A DNA stretch of 64,000 nucleotides from Eledone cirrhosa (lineage: Eukaryota). The stretch spans positions 193,998,001 through 194,062,000 of the forward strand of contig OZ024740.1 of NCBI GenBank assembly GCA_964016885.1, in the 5' to 3' direction. How positions within the stretch are numbered: position 1 is the first letter of the stretch; each line of letters begins with the position of its first letter. The translations under genes and the position numbers were made by a program. The notes under the pieces were generated by a model. It saw only the letters and a list, made by a program, of their open reading frames with translations, did not search any database and was not told the DNA's origin. Shown here piece by piece: positions 12,571-25,593 of this stretch.

Positions 12571-12665
12571 AACAACAATCGACAAAAAATAATTATAACG
12601 TTTCAAGTTTCTAACATAGTCACAGGCTGGCGCAGTTTCGAAGAACTGGTGACGGTGAATTATAA

Positions 12666-12853
12666 CAGACCTGCCAACCCCTAAAATCCCACACGGGGAG
12701 TACCATGAAAAAAAGTGCCACAAGCGAGGAGAAATGAGGCAAAATGAGATTTTACATAATGAAAGCTATACTCATTTTCACAGAAGACATCTGTTTCCCA
12801 CCCCAAAGTGGATGGGAGATCTCCCCGTCGGACGGGGAGAGTTGACAGGTCTG
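12666..12853. mobile_element. MITE with about 15-bp TIRs (hAT-like CAG ends)
   Basis: CAGACCTGCCAACCC ... GAGTTGACAGGTCTG; no clear TSD. Confidence 0.6.
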
Positions 12854-13480
12854 ATATATTTAAGATTGATAATTAAAATTGTATTCGGAAGAATAAAAGC
12901 TAACACAGATTTACGTTAGTTGTATTTGAACTCAGAACATGAGTGACTAATCTGCAACATTATAGTTGTTAATGCACTCAATTTGTCAATTGCCTGTATT
13001 TCACATTATTAATTTTAACATAACATTTATCTTATAATTCAATAATAAAATACTTGCATTGGATGTGATGATATAATTTGGCATTGTTTTCTCTTGAAAA
13101 TTCTAAAATTCTTAATAAAAATCAAATAAAATACAAGATATATATAATGGGTAATTTATATAAATAATACCTGAAATGAAAAGTAAGTGATTCAAAAATA
13201 AACATCCGCCATATTTACTGTAACATCCGCCATATTTACTGTAAAAATGATGAATAAAAAATATCTCTAAACTTTATCATGCAACAATAGATTTAATGGA
13301 AGAATTAATTTTAATGCATCGTAAAGATCTTTTTAATATCGTATATCGTATTATATATGTTATATATGTAATAAATGCATTTTACCTCCATATTTGAAAC
13401 TGGGAATAGAAATGGTTTTGAAACAAAATGGTAATTTTGATAATAAAATAAAACATTGGTTGCTTCCGAAATATGTAGAT

Positions 13481-13633
<153 letters not shown>

Positions 13634-13714
13634 CATATATATATTTATATACACACACATATATATATGTATATGGAAGAGATATTTAATTTCTTGGAAA
13701 TCCAGCAGATATAG

Positions 13715-14128
13715 ATGTTTACAACTAATTCAGAGCACTCGACAGTTTCTGGAGTAAGTATTCAATGATATTAAATAAATGGAAACTATATTTATACAAC
13801 CATATTTATTCTATTATATATATTTCAAGGGTACTAAAAATTGTGGTACGCTATCATCAGATAAAATACAAAATGTTTTATAGATATTTGACATGACCAA
13901 GGATAATATACCTTAACGGTTCAAGTTAAACCTGGAAAGTCCAGGTATAACTTTCCAGTTTTAACTTGAACCGTAAAAGTATTATCCTTGGTCATGCCAA
14001 ATATTTATAAAACATTTTGTATTTTATCTGATGATAGCGTACCAAAATATTTGGTACTACCCTTGAAATATATATAATAGAACAAATATGGTTGTATAAA
14101 TATAGTTTCCATTTATTTAATATCATTG
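13715..14128. mobile_element. Palindromic solo PLE pLTR pair with HHR-like motifs (13807-13868 minus, 14020-14083 plus)
   Basis: 13763-13940 is inverted at 13950-14128. TTTAT-CTGATGA-TAGCGTAC...GTAC..CTT-GAAA-TATATA-TA-ATAGA. Related to the 9.2/11.5 kb pLTR. Confidence 0.78.
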
Positions 14129-14178
<50 letters not shown>

Positions 14179-14232
14179 TTACATATATATATATTTTACA
14201 TATATATTTTTGTATGTATACATGCAAATATA

Positions 14233-14343
<111 letters not shown>

Positions 14344-14777
14344 GAATGGAGGGAGTGAGAGAGAGGGGGAGAGAGGAGAGAGAGATTGTGGTGCTGTCAC
14401 TCTTTCTCTCTTTGCCACCCTCTCTCTCTCTCTATATATATATATATGTGTGTGTGTCTGTGTGTTTGATTTTGTGTGGGTGCGTGTGAGAGTGTCTATG
14501 TGTGTGTGCGCCCGCACGCGTGTGAATGAAGAGGTGTAAAGTAGGGTAAATGAAATTTGCTCTACCACAGTTCTTTCAATTCTCCTGTCATAGACTATTT
14601 ATCAGATCCCTAATCTTATTCGTTACAACGTTTGCCTTGAGATGTATAACGATTATAAAAATATAATAAAACAATGTAGTAAAACGTTGAAGAGTAAAGA
14701 GAACTTATAAAAGAACAGACTAGAATTGTGAAGTTAAATACATAAAAAATAGATGGGTGGGAAAAAATATACAAAAA

Positions 14778-15128
14778 TTAAGCGTGTAGAATGGGATATG
14801 GATGCATATGTCTGCATATATTTGTTCGTTTCTGGATCAGCTGCAATTTGGACTGAGACGTTCTGACAGGTTTGTGGTCGAGCTCGTGGCAGTGGAGACT
14901 TCTGGTGTCCTTGTCCCTAGGGCCACCTCCTTGGTGACCACCATCGGCACAGTGTTGGCTATATGCACTTGCGAGCCTCGCGAACTGCCTCACCATCTTC
15001 CGCAGAAACGCCTTCTCTATTCTCTCCGCCAGCGCGTGGGCCCTCATTTCCTCACAATAGTGAGAGATGAGGAAAGCGGGAGATACGGTGGCAGTGACAG
15101 TGAGAGTTTGGCTATTTTGTATTCGGAC
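14778..15128 (-). CDS. Putative host exon of an unidentified protein (135-bp internal exon 14994-15128, or terminal exon to stop at 14778)
   Basis: GC-rich island in AT-rich DNA. Acceptor TTCCCTTTT...CTCCAG|GTCCGA. Only the phase-0 frame is open: VRIQNSQTLTVTATVSPAFLISHYCEEMRAHALAERIEKAFLRKM. Donor ATG|GTGAGG at 14994/14993. A codon-aligned antisense ORF is present. Confidence 0.55.
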   Translation of the reverse strand, partial: VRIQNSQTLTVTATVSPAFLISHYCEEMRAHALAERIEKAFLRKMVRQFARLASAYSQHCADGGHQGGGPRDKDTRSLHCHELDHKPVRTSQSKLQLIQKRTNICRHMHPYPILHA

Positions 15129-16842
15129 CTGGAGTATATATGTATATATAAAAGGGAATATAATGTGTGTACGTGTGCGTGTCAGTATTTGAGGTAAATC
15201 TGGTGTGGTTCGTTCCTTCCTGTACTGTGTGCTTAGTTTACTGAATACATTGATGACATATGCAAATACACGTCATGTTTATGTGTAATGCTAAGGTTGA
15301 TGCATTTCCTCGACTTTTAATGTTCATATATTTCATTTTCTTTTGATTGTTTTAATTTTCTCTTTCTTCGTGTCGTAACTGGGTTGTTTCTTATAATTGT
15401 AGGGTGTAGTCAGCTAATGTGGTTCCATTTCTTGCACGGTCTAACAGATGAAGCATGTTTGTTTGAAAAAACAAATAGAAATGAATACTACAAATATCAT
15501 GATAATATAACATTTGACCTTAATGCTAAAATATTATACAATAGGCACCCCAGTTCTAAACTACAGCTGCAATGTAATAACCTTGAATCAATTAAATTGT
15601 CCAACAGGGTTTCACCGTCATTTACCAACACCACATACATAAAGAAAATATCTACATCGCAAAAGGAGGCAAAATTGGATAAAAAATGAAAGACACAAGT
15701 AAGTTAAAAGAGAGGGAGTGAAAAGGTACCTCCAAGCGATCAATCCGTAAATTATCTGAGTTATAAGGAAACGTTAGTATGTTTGGATACTCAATAAGCA
15801 GTAGATCATAGGCATTTGTAGGTGCCTTTCTTTTTGTAATGTTTCTTGATATATTATATTTATGCCCGTCCTCCGATTACTATATATTTACACACCCGCC
15901 ATTTTGCAAATATTTTGTACAAAAAATTTTGTTAAATGGTTTCTGATTTATGAATGCTGTGCGACGCTCTACCAATACTTCCAATTCATTGCCTTCGCGT
16001 GCCTTATAATAAAATTAGTAAAGTAAAGTTGTTAGAGCGGTGGAAAAAGGTGTGGTATTATTTATTCCCCTTAATACGATGTCGCTTCAAATTTCCCCGA
16101 GGTCAACTTCTTACATTTTCGTTACCAGTTCGATGAATTAAATTACCAGGAAAGTACTGCAGTAAATTCAATAAATTTTCTCCGACCACACCCAATAGAA
16201 TGTTATATGTCTAAATAAGAAAGTTAATATTCGTATTTTTTAGGAAACTCATTGCCTAATTTATATTTTTTAAACTACCACATATTCGAAGTTCTGGTAT
16301 TCCAAAACGTTTATGAGAAAAAAATATTAACTTCCTGTCTTACGTGTGGTTTTAAAAATTGAAGTTGGAAAAACATAACCAAAAATTAAAAATGGAACAA
16401 AAGAAGAATTATGTAAAAATAATGAAAATATTTTCTCATTAACTGAAAAGAATAATTGAAAATATTTTTATTTCTTTTAGTTTTATGCCATGTATTCGGG
16501 ATTAACAACTGATAGAATTCGTGACATTACTTTATTAGTTTTGGAATAGATTAAGAGTTTACTGCTATACGCTTATTTTCAATTATTTTCATTTTCTTCA
16601 AATTTAATACAGTTTCTTTTCTATTTTAGCTTTGCAACCGATTCAATAATGTTCATTATATATGTAAAAGAAAAAGCCGTCGAGTCTATAAATTAAATTG
16701 ACTTTCATTTAATACCATTCTCGTTAATTGTCATCACATATATTACTAACATACCTAACGATACACACTCTTTATATATTTACACATGTGAACAGACACA
16801 ATCACACATACATACGCGCACACACAGACACACACGCCCACA

Positions 16843-16879
<37 letters not shown>

Positions 16880-16923
16880 AGAAGAAGTTTATGAAATGGA
16901 AATGCGGGTATAAAGAATTTATT

Positions 16924-17040
16924 AGGTAACAATTGTTTCTATAGTGTATGGGTTACCTATACCTCGCTATTTGAATAATATAAAAATAGTATCATAAACC
17001 GAAGGTACACTGTAAGCAAACACACCATGTCGTCAGACCT
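16924..17040 (-). ncRNA. HHR motif in a PLE-type terminus
   Basis: AGGT-CTGACGA-C-ATGGTG...CACTAT-A-GAAA-CAATTG-TT-ACCT: long stem II insertion, palindromic stem III. Confidence 0.65.
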
Positions 17041-17510
17041 TTGTATTGGAATGATATGAAAATATTTTATACACTAGATAAAAAAGAAAGAAGGAGGTAG
17101 GAAGAGAAGGGGAAGAGGGAAGTGAGTAAGGTGGAGGGAGTCCTAGGATTTAAGACTGTCAGACTAGTAGAGATTGTAAGGAGAGAATGTTTTGGCAGCA
17201 GTTAGCTTAATGAGGCGTGTTAGGGTTGGCGGGGGAAGTAAATTCTTCTAGTGGTGTTGTTCGGACAAAATTTAGTTAAAGGGGTCAAAGTGGTACAGAG
17301 TTACAGACAAGTTATTGGGGCTATTATAGTAGCAGGTTATTTCTAAAGGGGTCCAGAAAACAGTGTTTAGTACTATCATTATAGAAAGCCATATCTTGTG
17401 TATAAACATATAAAACAGAAATTTTCAAACGGTGGTGTAAAAAGGTAACATTATAGGCATTTAAAAAAAGAAAAAGTCGTTTTCAAACGATGGTTACAGT
17501 ATAGTGAACG

Positions 17511-17569
<59 letters not shown>

Positions 17570-17573
<4 letters not shown>

Positions 17574-20500
17574 TACACAATAATCAAAGCTATGTTCTAA
17601 ACATTTTATTGCTGACAATCGTTTCTTCCAAACTTTCGTTTGGGTTCATCGGAGCACTAGCAATATTTGTACATATAATTAACCTCATTGACATCAATGT
17701 TGTCAACAATAGTTTCGTATTTACAGAGTGGAATGGATGAGACATAGATTACAAGAGAATTGTACAATAATTACAATTGAAAATTAAAAATTACAAGGCA
17801 CAGAGTGGCATGCATGCGACAGAGATTACAAGGGAATAGTATAATAATTAAAGAGGCAGTAAGGTAGAAAGTTACTCGTAAAATTAGGACACTAGCAGTA
17901 CATATGCAAGCGTATAGAGAGTGCAAATGCGTTAGGCATATACAGGAAGGAAACAAGCAATGGTAGTAGGCATATATAATTACTGCATGGCAAAGGTTTC
18001 ACATAAAATAACACAGTTTTACAAGCAATTCAAGCAGGTAAAGGTGTTTGTGTATTAAAATTATGAGTTTATGGTGGATGTAGTGTGATGATTGCTTCTG
18101 TAATGTTCAAATGTGTATGTGTTGAGAGTATCACATGTTATTGCTATCTTTTCCATTACGTTGGTTATATTTTATTTTAGTGAATGTTTTTAAATAGTTA
18201 AAGCTATGGATTGAATATTGGTCCTATTATATTGTTATCCGGGGTTCGAGTTGTTGTGGAGTGATTCTTCTAACGGTTTAATTTCCGGAAGTGAGTTTGA
18301 GATCTATATTAAGGGGAGCTAATGCGAAAAGGGAGGTAACTAGCGATTAAATTGTATATGATAGAGAAAGTAGAAAAATGTATAGTTGTTTACAGCTCCA
18401 ATAAATTAAATTCTTTGTGCTAATATATATTATATTGTGTTACAAGTGAATCCCTTTTATATAATGCTATTTGTTTATATTTAATTTTAAATACAATCTA
18501 TTTTCCTATAATACATTAAAGGTCTCATTATATTGTTATCTAGCCATTACTGAATAAAGTATAAATAAGCTATAGAAAAAATGTATAGTTGTTTACAGAT
18601 CCAAGTTTACAGGTCTCTTGTGTTATTAATATACATTATATTATGTTATAAGTGAATTCCTTATATATGCTATTAATTTATATATTTAATTATAAATATA
18701 ATTTATTTTCATATTATTATCTATCCATTACTGAATATAATATAAGCAAGCTATAGTGGTTATATTAAATGGTGTTAACTTTATGTTTATTCCTAATAGT
18801 TATTATAGAGTATAAGGTATAAGATAAATAGGAGTTAGGTAGAGGGATGAGCTGATTATAGAGTGTGATGCTGTGGGGGTACTTATATGCTGATAAGACC
18901 TAGAGGTGAAGTGTTAAGGTGGTGAGGGATTCAGATCCGACATTGTTATATACTAGCAGCTAGATTTAAAGCTATGGAAAGAGTGTCGGTGGTAGTGCTG
19001 GCACACGGAACAAAACCTCTGATTTTCTATTTAGGGAGTCTAGTTTAGAATAGATTATAGTGCATGTCTCTAGAAGACAGAGGTTACATAATTTATTTCG
19101 GTGGTTTATACAATGCAGCCCTATCTATTACTTCCCATTGAAGTGTATATGGTCTATTCCTAGTTTTCAGAGAGTGTATGTAGCTAGATAAAGAACTGGA
19201 GTTGGCTAGTTTGCGATTTTTGAAAGTGTGGAGATGCGAGTTATATCTTGTCTTGAAGCAGTTCGAAGTTGAACCGATATATGTTTTAGAAGAGTTGTTT
19301 GTGTTGACCGTGCATGACTAAATTATGTCTTTGATTAATCAATTTTTACCTAAGGGCAAGTTCGATTTGTTCTACAGTTACAGTTATTCTGGTTGTTTGC
19401 TTGCCGGTTACTATGTTGTGTAGATGCGTGGTTGTTAGAGATAGCATTAGGGTAATGATGGTTGTCGTTCCCATTGTTATTAATTTCATTAGTGCAATTA
19501 TCATTATTATTATTGCTACTAGAATTCTCTGGTACTATGTTGCTCTGTAAGTTTACCCCCTATTGTGATTTAATTAGTTGGAAATAATTATTAATCTTCC
19601 TTTTATTACAATGAGATATATGGTATGCGATGTTAGGTGTGGTAGAGTAAGAGATTTTAATGGTATTTTTATTGATAAGATTATGGTATTTGTGGCCGAC
19701 TGGGAAGTTTTTTCCATGATTGAGAAGAAAGTCTTAGGCAAGTTGGTAGAGGTGTTTAGATTGAAAGGGGGATTGAAGAATGTATTAGTTCTTCTATTTT
19801 TGTTTTTTGTAATGTTATTTGAGATATTGTTTATATTCATGTTTATATTATTATTGTGGTGTTTATTCTGGTGCGAGTTATGTTTGATATTACCCTTCGT
19901 ATTAGAGTTAGAGTGGCTAGTACTTTTATTATTTTTCCTCATGGCCATATTGTGAGAAATAATGTTGTAACTAGGTGATTTTATAGGTAAAAATTTAATC
20001 TCATTTTTATGACCTGATTTAGCTAAGGCCTCATTATAGTATTGGGAATTATTGTTAAATATGGTTTCATTATATGATAGATTAGATATTCTATTTGATA
20101 TTCCTTTAGTAATTGAGTTTAATATGGATTTAGGGAGGTTAGAGTTGAATATCTACATAAAGTAGTTTTTCGTTTGGTTTATGAAAGGATGTATATATTT
20201 TAGAGTCCAGGTAAACGGTAGCATCAAGGAAGTTAACGTTTTTAGAGTTTTTATCTAAGGTGATGCCTAAGTTGAAGTTTTTGAAAGTTCTATGTAATTG
20301 TTTCCTAGTTCTTTCTATATTAAATTTGTTATAGTCTATAAGAAGTAGTGCATCATCGCAGTATAAACCACCATCGACGTAGGGTAGGTCCTTATGAATT
20401 TCATTTAAGAGATATAGGCCCACTAAATCAGTTACCTGCGCCGAGTCACTAGATCCCATAGTTATGTCAAAGTTGTTATGTGTATCCGATGATTCCAAAA

Positions 20501-20640
20501 GAAAGTTTGGAATAAACGGTTGTCAGCAATAAAATGTTTTGAACATGTGTAATTTATATTCTTGCTCTGTAAAACATCCCATGTATTTAGATTGAGGTAT
20601 TTTTCTTACTGGTAATAAGCTAGTAATGAATTACTGACCT
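17570..20640 (-). mobile_element. Decayed Naiad-type PLE with inverted pLTR
   Basis: RT motifs FDITMGSSDSAQVTDLVGLY and GGLYCDDAL (20139-20480); FFNPPFN linker; CNCR...YIGSTSNCFKTRYNSH EN (about 19030-19390). About 17575-17655 is inverted at about 20485-20556. Confidence 0.88.
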
Positions 20641-20769
20641 TTCCTGTTTATAGTTGTATATAGTATACATAAATATAAATAATATTATCATTATATATAT
20701 ATATATATATATATAGGAATAGCAAATTATATATATATAAATATATGTGTGTATATATATACATATATT

Positions 20770-21315
20770 TGGTCGGGTCATTGGCGACTAAACTGGCAAC
20801 CCCACCAAGGTTTCTTGGTGAGGAGGGTGACTTTGGACATCCTGCAGGACTAAAAACAAAACCTGTCAAAGGACAAAGGAGCTCTTAAGAGTCAATGGCC
20901 ATCCAAAATCACAGGGAGAGGTGACCACTTAGCCTTTGTCAAGGCAGAATTCTAGGAGAAGGAAAACTCTGATATAACACCTGCAACCCTGATGGTATCC
21001 AATGATGTTGACTTGTTCTTCTTTTTGGTAAATATCATCTTAGTTAAGAGAGTGGGACTGGTTTTGTGCAGTGCCTTTGCTCACTATAAAAGCTTCACGG
21101 TACAGGCATTGCTTTATATCTGGAGATCTCTCTGCACTTGTCATCACATGGTACCATGGGCCCAGCATTATAATTGTCACAAGTGCAGTGTTTGTACCAG
21201 AGTTTTCAAGTCGCTGGCTGGACTAAAAAGTCACACTCGTTCAGCGCATCAGTAGGGGTTCTCCTACATGGATATGAAGTAGTGGCCGTACTCGAAAACG
21301 ATTTGACAGCCACCA
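20770..21315 (+). mobile_element. Non-autonomous RTE-derived element (5' UTR-like part + C2H2 C-terminal remnant)
   Basis: GGGTCATTGGCGACTAAACTGGCAACCC is shared with the minus-strand copy at about 52.2-52.5 kb. CSVCTRVFKSLAGLKSHTRSAHQ* resembles the end of RTE ORFs. Confidence 0.5.
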
Positions 21316-21329
21316 TATATATATATACA

Positions 21330-21377
<48 letters not shown>

Positions 21378-21595
21378 TTAACAGAGTCAGAAACTCGCGT
21401 TAGCCCCTGTAAGACATGAGCTCAAAGGAATAATAATCCTGGGCTCGTCAAATATAATATAGAGAGGAAACACACACTAGAGAGAGAGTGTGTTTATCAA
21501 GATTTTACTGTCTCATGCATGCATTTCCTTCTCTGTAGCACGTGTTGTATGGCAGTTAGTTTAATTTCTCTTAGAGTGGTTTGGAATGTATACAC

Positions 21596-21679
21596 TTACA
21601 CACGCTGATGAACCGGGTGAGTTCAGTCCAAACACTCTTTTTCTGGCGAAACAATCTCTCTGAGATTGTACGTGTGTGA
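21596..21679 (+). ncRNA. Canonical-core type I HHR with full stem III
   Basis: TTACACACG-CTGATGA-ACCGGG...TCTGGC-GAAA-CAATCTC-TCT-GAGATTG-TA-CGTGTGTGA: 9-bp stem I, 7-bp stem III, GUA cleavage after 21670. Confidence 0.85.
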
Positions 21680-21830
21680 TATATAGTAATAGAGGTGGAT
21701 TAATTCCTTTTAATTTATCTTTTAATTATAATATTTCTACTCCACTCTTCATGTTTATAGGTTGCATACGCTAGTAGTATTCCCAGTAACATGATAAACA
21801 TACACCCTCTCTCTAGTGTTTTTCCCTCTC

Positions 21831-21870
<40 letters not shown>

Positions 21871-21875
21871 GTATG

Positions 21876-21949
<74 letters not shown>

Positions 21950-21956
<7 letters not shown>

Positions 21957-23977
21957 AAGAGTATTGAAGTTTGCTTGAAACATTGTGGAATAATAAGGTA
22001 AATTTCTTTAAGTCGTTTTGAAGCCACGACAATGCGGATGGGTAAATCTCAGGGTAACAACATCCGGTAGTAGAGAGAGAGATGTAAGTGGTTATACGTT
22101 GAGAAGCGTGGCGTGTATAAGACTGTAACGTGTAGCGGAATGAAGGAACGAGCGTAAGGGATAAAAATAAAAATAACAACACGAGAAAGAGTTACCTTGG
22201 GAGAGATTTAATTGTCCCTATATATTTCGGAATCACATCCATCAACTGGGGGTTTTTCCCGGACTGGCGGGGTGCGTGTCTGTCGGAAAGGTGCGAAACG
22301 TGTCCTCCGCTGTTCGTTGTTTTGAATATCTGAGGTATTCAGCAGAGCGCGCGTGCGCGTGAAATGGGGTCGGTCAGGCAGAGGTCAGCGGCCGAAGTAG
22401 TTCTTTCAATAGTGGGAGTGGAGTGGCGCTAGCTGTCAGTCCATTCTCTGCCTGTTTGGTGAATGTTACTGTGTGTGTGTGTGCGTGTGTTGTTGTCTCG
22501 CTTGAGTGAGTGTGTGTGCGTGCGTTGTTGCCTTATTCCTCTGTATTGGCAGTGTAGTATGTTCGTATGGTGGAATGCTACTGTGTGTGTGTGTGTGTGC
22601 TCGTGTTGCTGTCTCGCTTGTCAATATACTGATGGAATGCGTCCAATCCACCGACCAAACTGCTTCGGGCTCACCACCACTGACATCCACCAACTCATAT
22701 CCATCGTCGTCGACAACAACTACTTCGGATTCTTTGACTAAACATACCAACAAACCTCGGGACTGCCCATGGGATCAAGCCTGTCGGGTGTGCTAGCGAT
22801 CTCTTACATGGACAGCCTCGAGCGCATGGCACCCAAGGCAAGTGCTTCCTTAAAATGCCACACCTGGGCGAGAATACCACCAACGCTATCCGCAAGGCTA
22901 TACGGAGGGAGGGCCCCGACATCCACCTGGCCCACTCGGGCCTCTCCCTGCGAAGATGCCTCTCCAGGAAACCCGGGAAATCAACTGACGCGTGCTCCCT
23001 CAGAGACTGCCCGATGCGCCATGCGAACTCTTGCCTACGCACATACGTTGTGTATGAGATAGAATGTAACAAGTGGAACCAATACTATATAGGTAGCACA
23101 ATCCGGTCGTTGCACATCCGGATCAAGGAACACACTAAAACCAGGGCCCTATCTTTCCGGAAACACATAGCCAAATGCGGAAACAAAGACGGAAGGCCCA
23201 TTGTCACAATTCTAGCGACAGAAAGAAACGTCGCCACGTTACGTATCAAAGAAGCACTTTGTATCAAACGCCTAGGGCCACAATTAAACAACTGATCCGA
23301 CAGAAGCGAAATGAGGTGGTTGGTTTAAGTTAACAAACGATGCAGTAACACACGCACACACACAAGCGAGACAGCAACACACGCACACACACACACACAC
23401 AGTAGCATTCTACCATACGAACATACTACACTGCCAATACAGAGGAACAAGGCAACAACGCACGCACACACACTCACTCAAGCGAGACAACAACACACGC
23501 ACACACACACACATTAACATTCACCAAACAGGCAGATAATGGACTGACAGCTAGCGCCACCCCACTCCCACTATTGAAAGAACTACTTCGGCCGCTGACC
23601 TCTGCCTGACCGACCCCATTTCACGCGCACGCGCGCTCTGTTGAATACCTCAGATATTCAAAATAACGAACAGCGGAGGACACGTTTCGCACCTTTCCGA
23701 CAGACAAGCCCCCCGCCAGTCCGGGAAAAACCCCCAGTTGATGGATGTGATTCCGAAATATATAGGGACAATTAAATCTCTCCCAAGGTAACTCTTTCTC
23801 GTGTTGTTATTTTTATTTTTATCCTTTACGCTCATTCCTTCATTCCTCTACACGTTACAGTCTTATACTCGCCACGCTTCTCAACGTACACCCACTTATA
23901 TCTCTCTCTCCACCACCGGATATTGTTACCCGGAGATTTACCCATCTGCATTATCGAGGCTTCCAAACAACTTAAAG
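21950..23977 (+). mobile_element. Internally deleted PLE (non-Naiad type) with about 615-bp inverted termini
   Basis: 22006-22620 is inverted at about 23363-23977. The core encodes NNYFGF..YQQTSGLPMGSSLSGVLA (RT) fused directly to C..CP..C..VVYEIEC...YIGSTIRSLHIRIKEH...IKEAL (GIY-YIG); the YxDD region is missing. Confidence 0.88.
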
Positions 23978-24009
23978 ATATATATATATATATATATATA
24001 TATAAAGCT

Positions 24010-24778
24010 TTACATAATATATAAAGGTTTACACATATATAAAGTCATATATATGTGTTTTGCAACGGGTCACGTTGTGGATCAATGAAGAATTAATAAA
24101 TTAAATAATCAGAGCTATATATCATAAAACATGTCTATAGAATCACTAGATAAAATATATACCGTTTCCTCTCCCAATTAGCATAATTAACCATATAAAA
24201 AACAATTAGACCAAGCTATAAGAATAAAGGCTCCTATGAAGAAATCTCCGACAAATAACCGGTTGAGATACAATTGGGCTGCGCTTTCTAGCAATAAACC
24301 TACCAGCCGTAAGCAACTAGTCACAGCCTTTCTAACTTGACCGCTGCCACGTCACGATTCTTAGCCATTTTTGAATGTATTCTTGGCGCGATCACTTTGG
24401 AAAATTAATTGTCTAAATTTGAGCTAACTCCTGATGAATCCGAAGCTCTGGATATCCCCTGTCATCGGATGTCTTAAAAACGGACGAAACCATGGTAGAG
24501 GTAATTAAATATGTACACATTTCTTCCAAGTTTATTTTACACCCAATTATGTTTAGTTGACTGTATATCTGGTCGATTTACACATGCTGTCGAAATGTTC
24601 GATAAATACTCCGTCGTAACCGCCGCGAAGGGGCAGCTTTCGGTTATTTGTCGGAGATTTCTTCATAGGAGCCTTTATTCTTATAGCTTGGTCTAATTGA
24701 TTTGTTATATCGTTAATTATGCTAATTGGGAGAGGAAACGGTATATATTTTATCTAGTGATTCTATAGACATGTTTTA

Positions 24779-24786
<8 letters not shown>
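24010..24786 (+). mobile_element. Short non-autonomous PLE-like element with HHR (24425-24503) and inverted 3' copy
   Basis: CTC-CTGATGA-ATCCG...CGGAC-GAAA-CCATGG-TA-GAG. 24116-24261 is inverted at 24641-24786. Homologous to 44060-44765. Confidence 0.75.
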
Positions 24787-24834
<48 letters not shown>

Positions 24835-25511
24835 AAAAATGAAGAATAACATGATCGACTGGACAACAGGGTTTATTTACGGCATTAACAATTGCTTCTT
24901 TATCCGGGTGTGGCTAACAGCCGCTGATCAGTGCCTTAAACGATACCTTATTATCCTATATTTATATATCAATCATATCATATGCATTTACATTAGTATT
25001 ATGCTGTTTCTACGGTTACCACAGTTGTGCATGTGTTCCTAATTCGTATCTGGTAGTAACACATCTACACACATCTACACACATGTTGTCTGAAAACATT
25101 GATGCCTGCCTATATACTGAACGCGACACAAACGCAAAACAGCTTTTGGTTTCCTCTTATTGTATAAAAGAGTGTATAACTTTTCTACCCCTTCCGTTGC
25201 TAGTCTATTTTGTTAACAGACACTACAGGGGCTTTGTCACAACAATTATTGTTTTATTTAATCATTGGTACACACACTATTCTTTCTCAATTTTCTGAAG
25301 AAGGGCGTAGACCGAAATGTTATACTTAAACTTGTCTTACCCTGTAAGAGGGTTAAACATATATTTTTAATTTGTATGATATCCATCTTCTTTTTGTTTT
25401 GATATCTGTTGTTCCCTTCTTCACTCTAGTACCACCTGTGTGTGCATGTGAATATGAGTGTGAGCGTGATTTGTTATCACGATATTCAGCTCTTGTGTAG
25501 ATCACAAGCAG

Positions 25512-25593
<82 letters not shown>

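Noticed and set aside
14802-15197. Plus-strand 131-aa ORF as a gene
   Set aside because: It is the codon-aligned antisense shadow of the minus-strand frame, which has the splice signals.
20992-21255. C2H2 zinc-finger gene
   Set aside because: A single finger at the end of an RTE-derived repeat; better explained as a LINE C-terminal remnant.
25288-25330. HHR at CTGAAGAAGG...CCGAAA
   Set aside because: Core boxes are present but there is no stem I complement; decayed at best.
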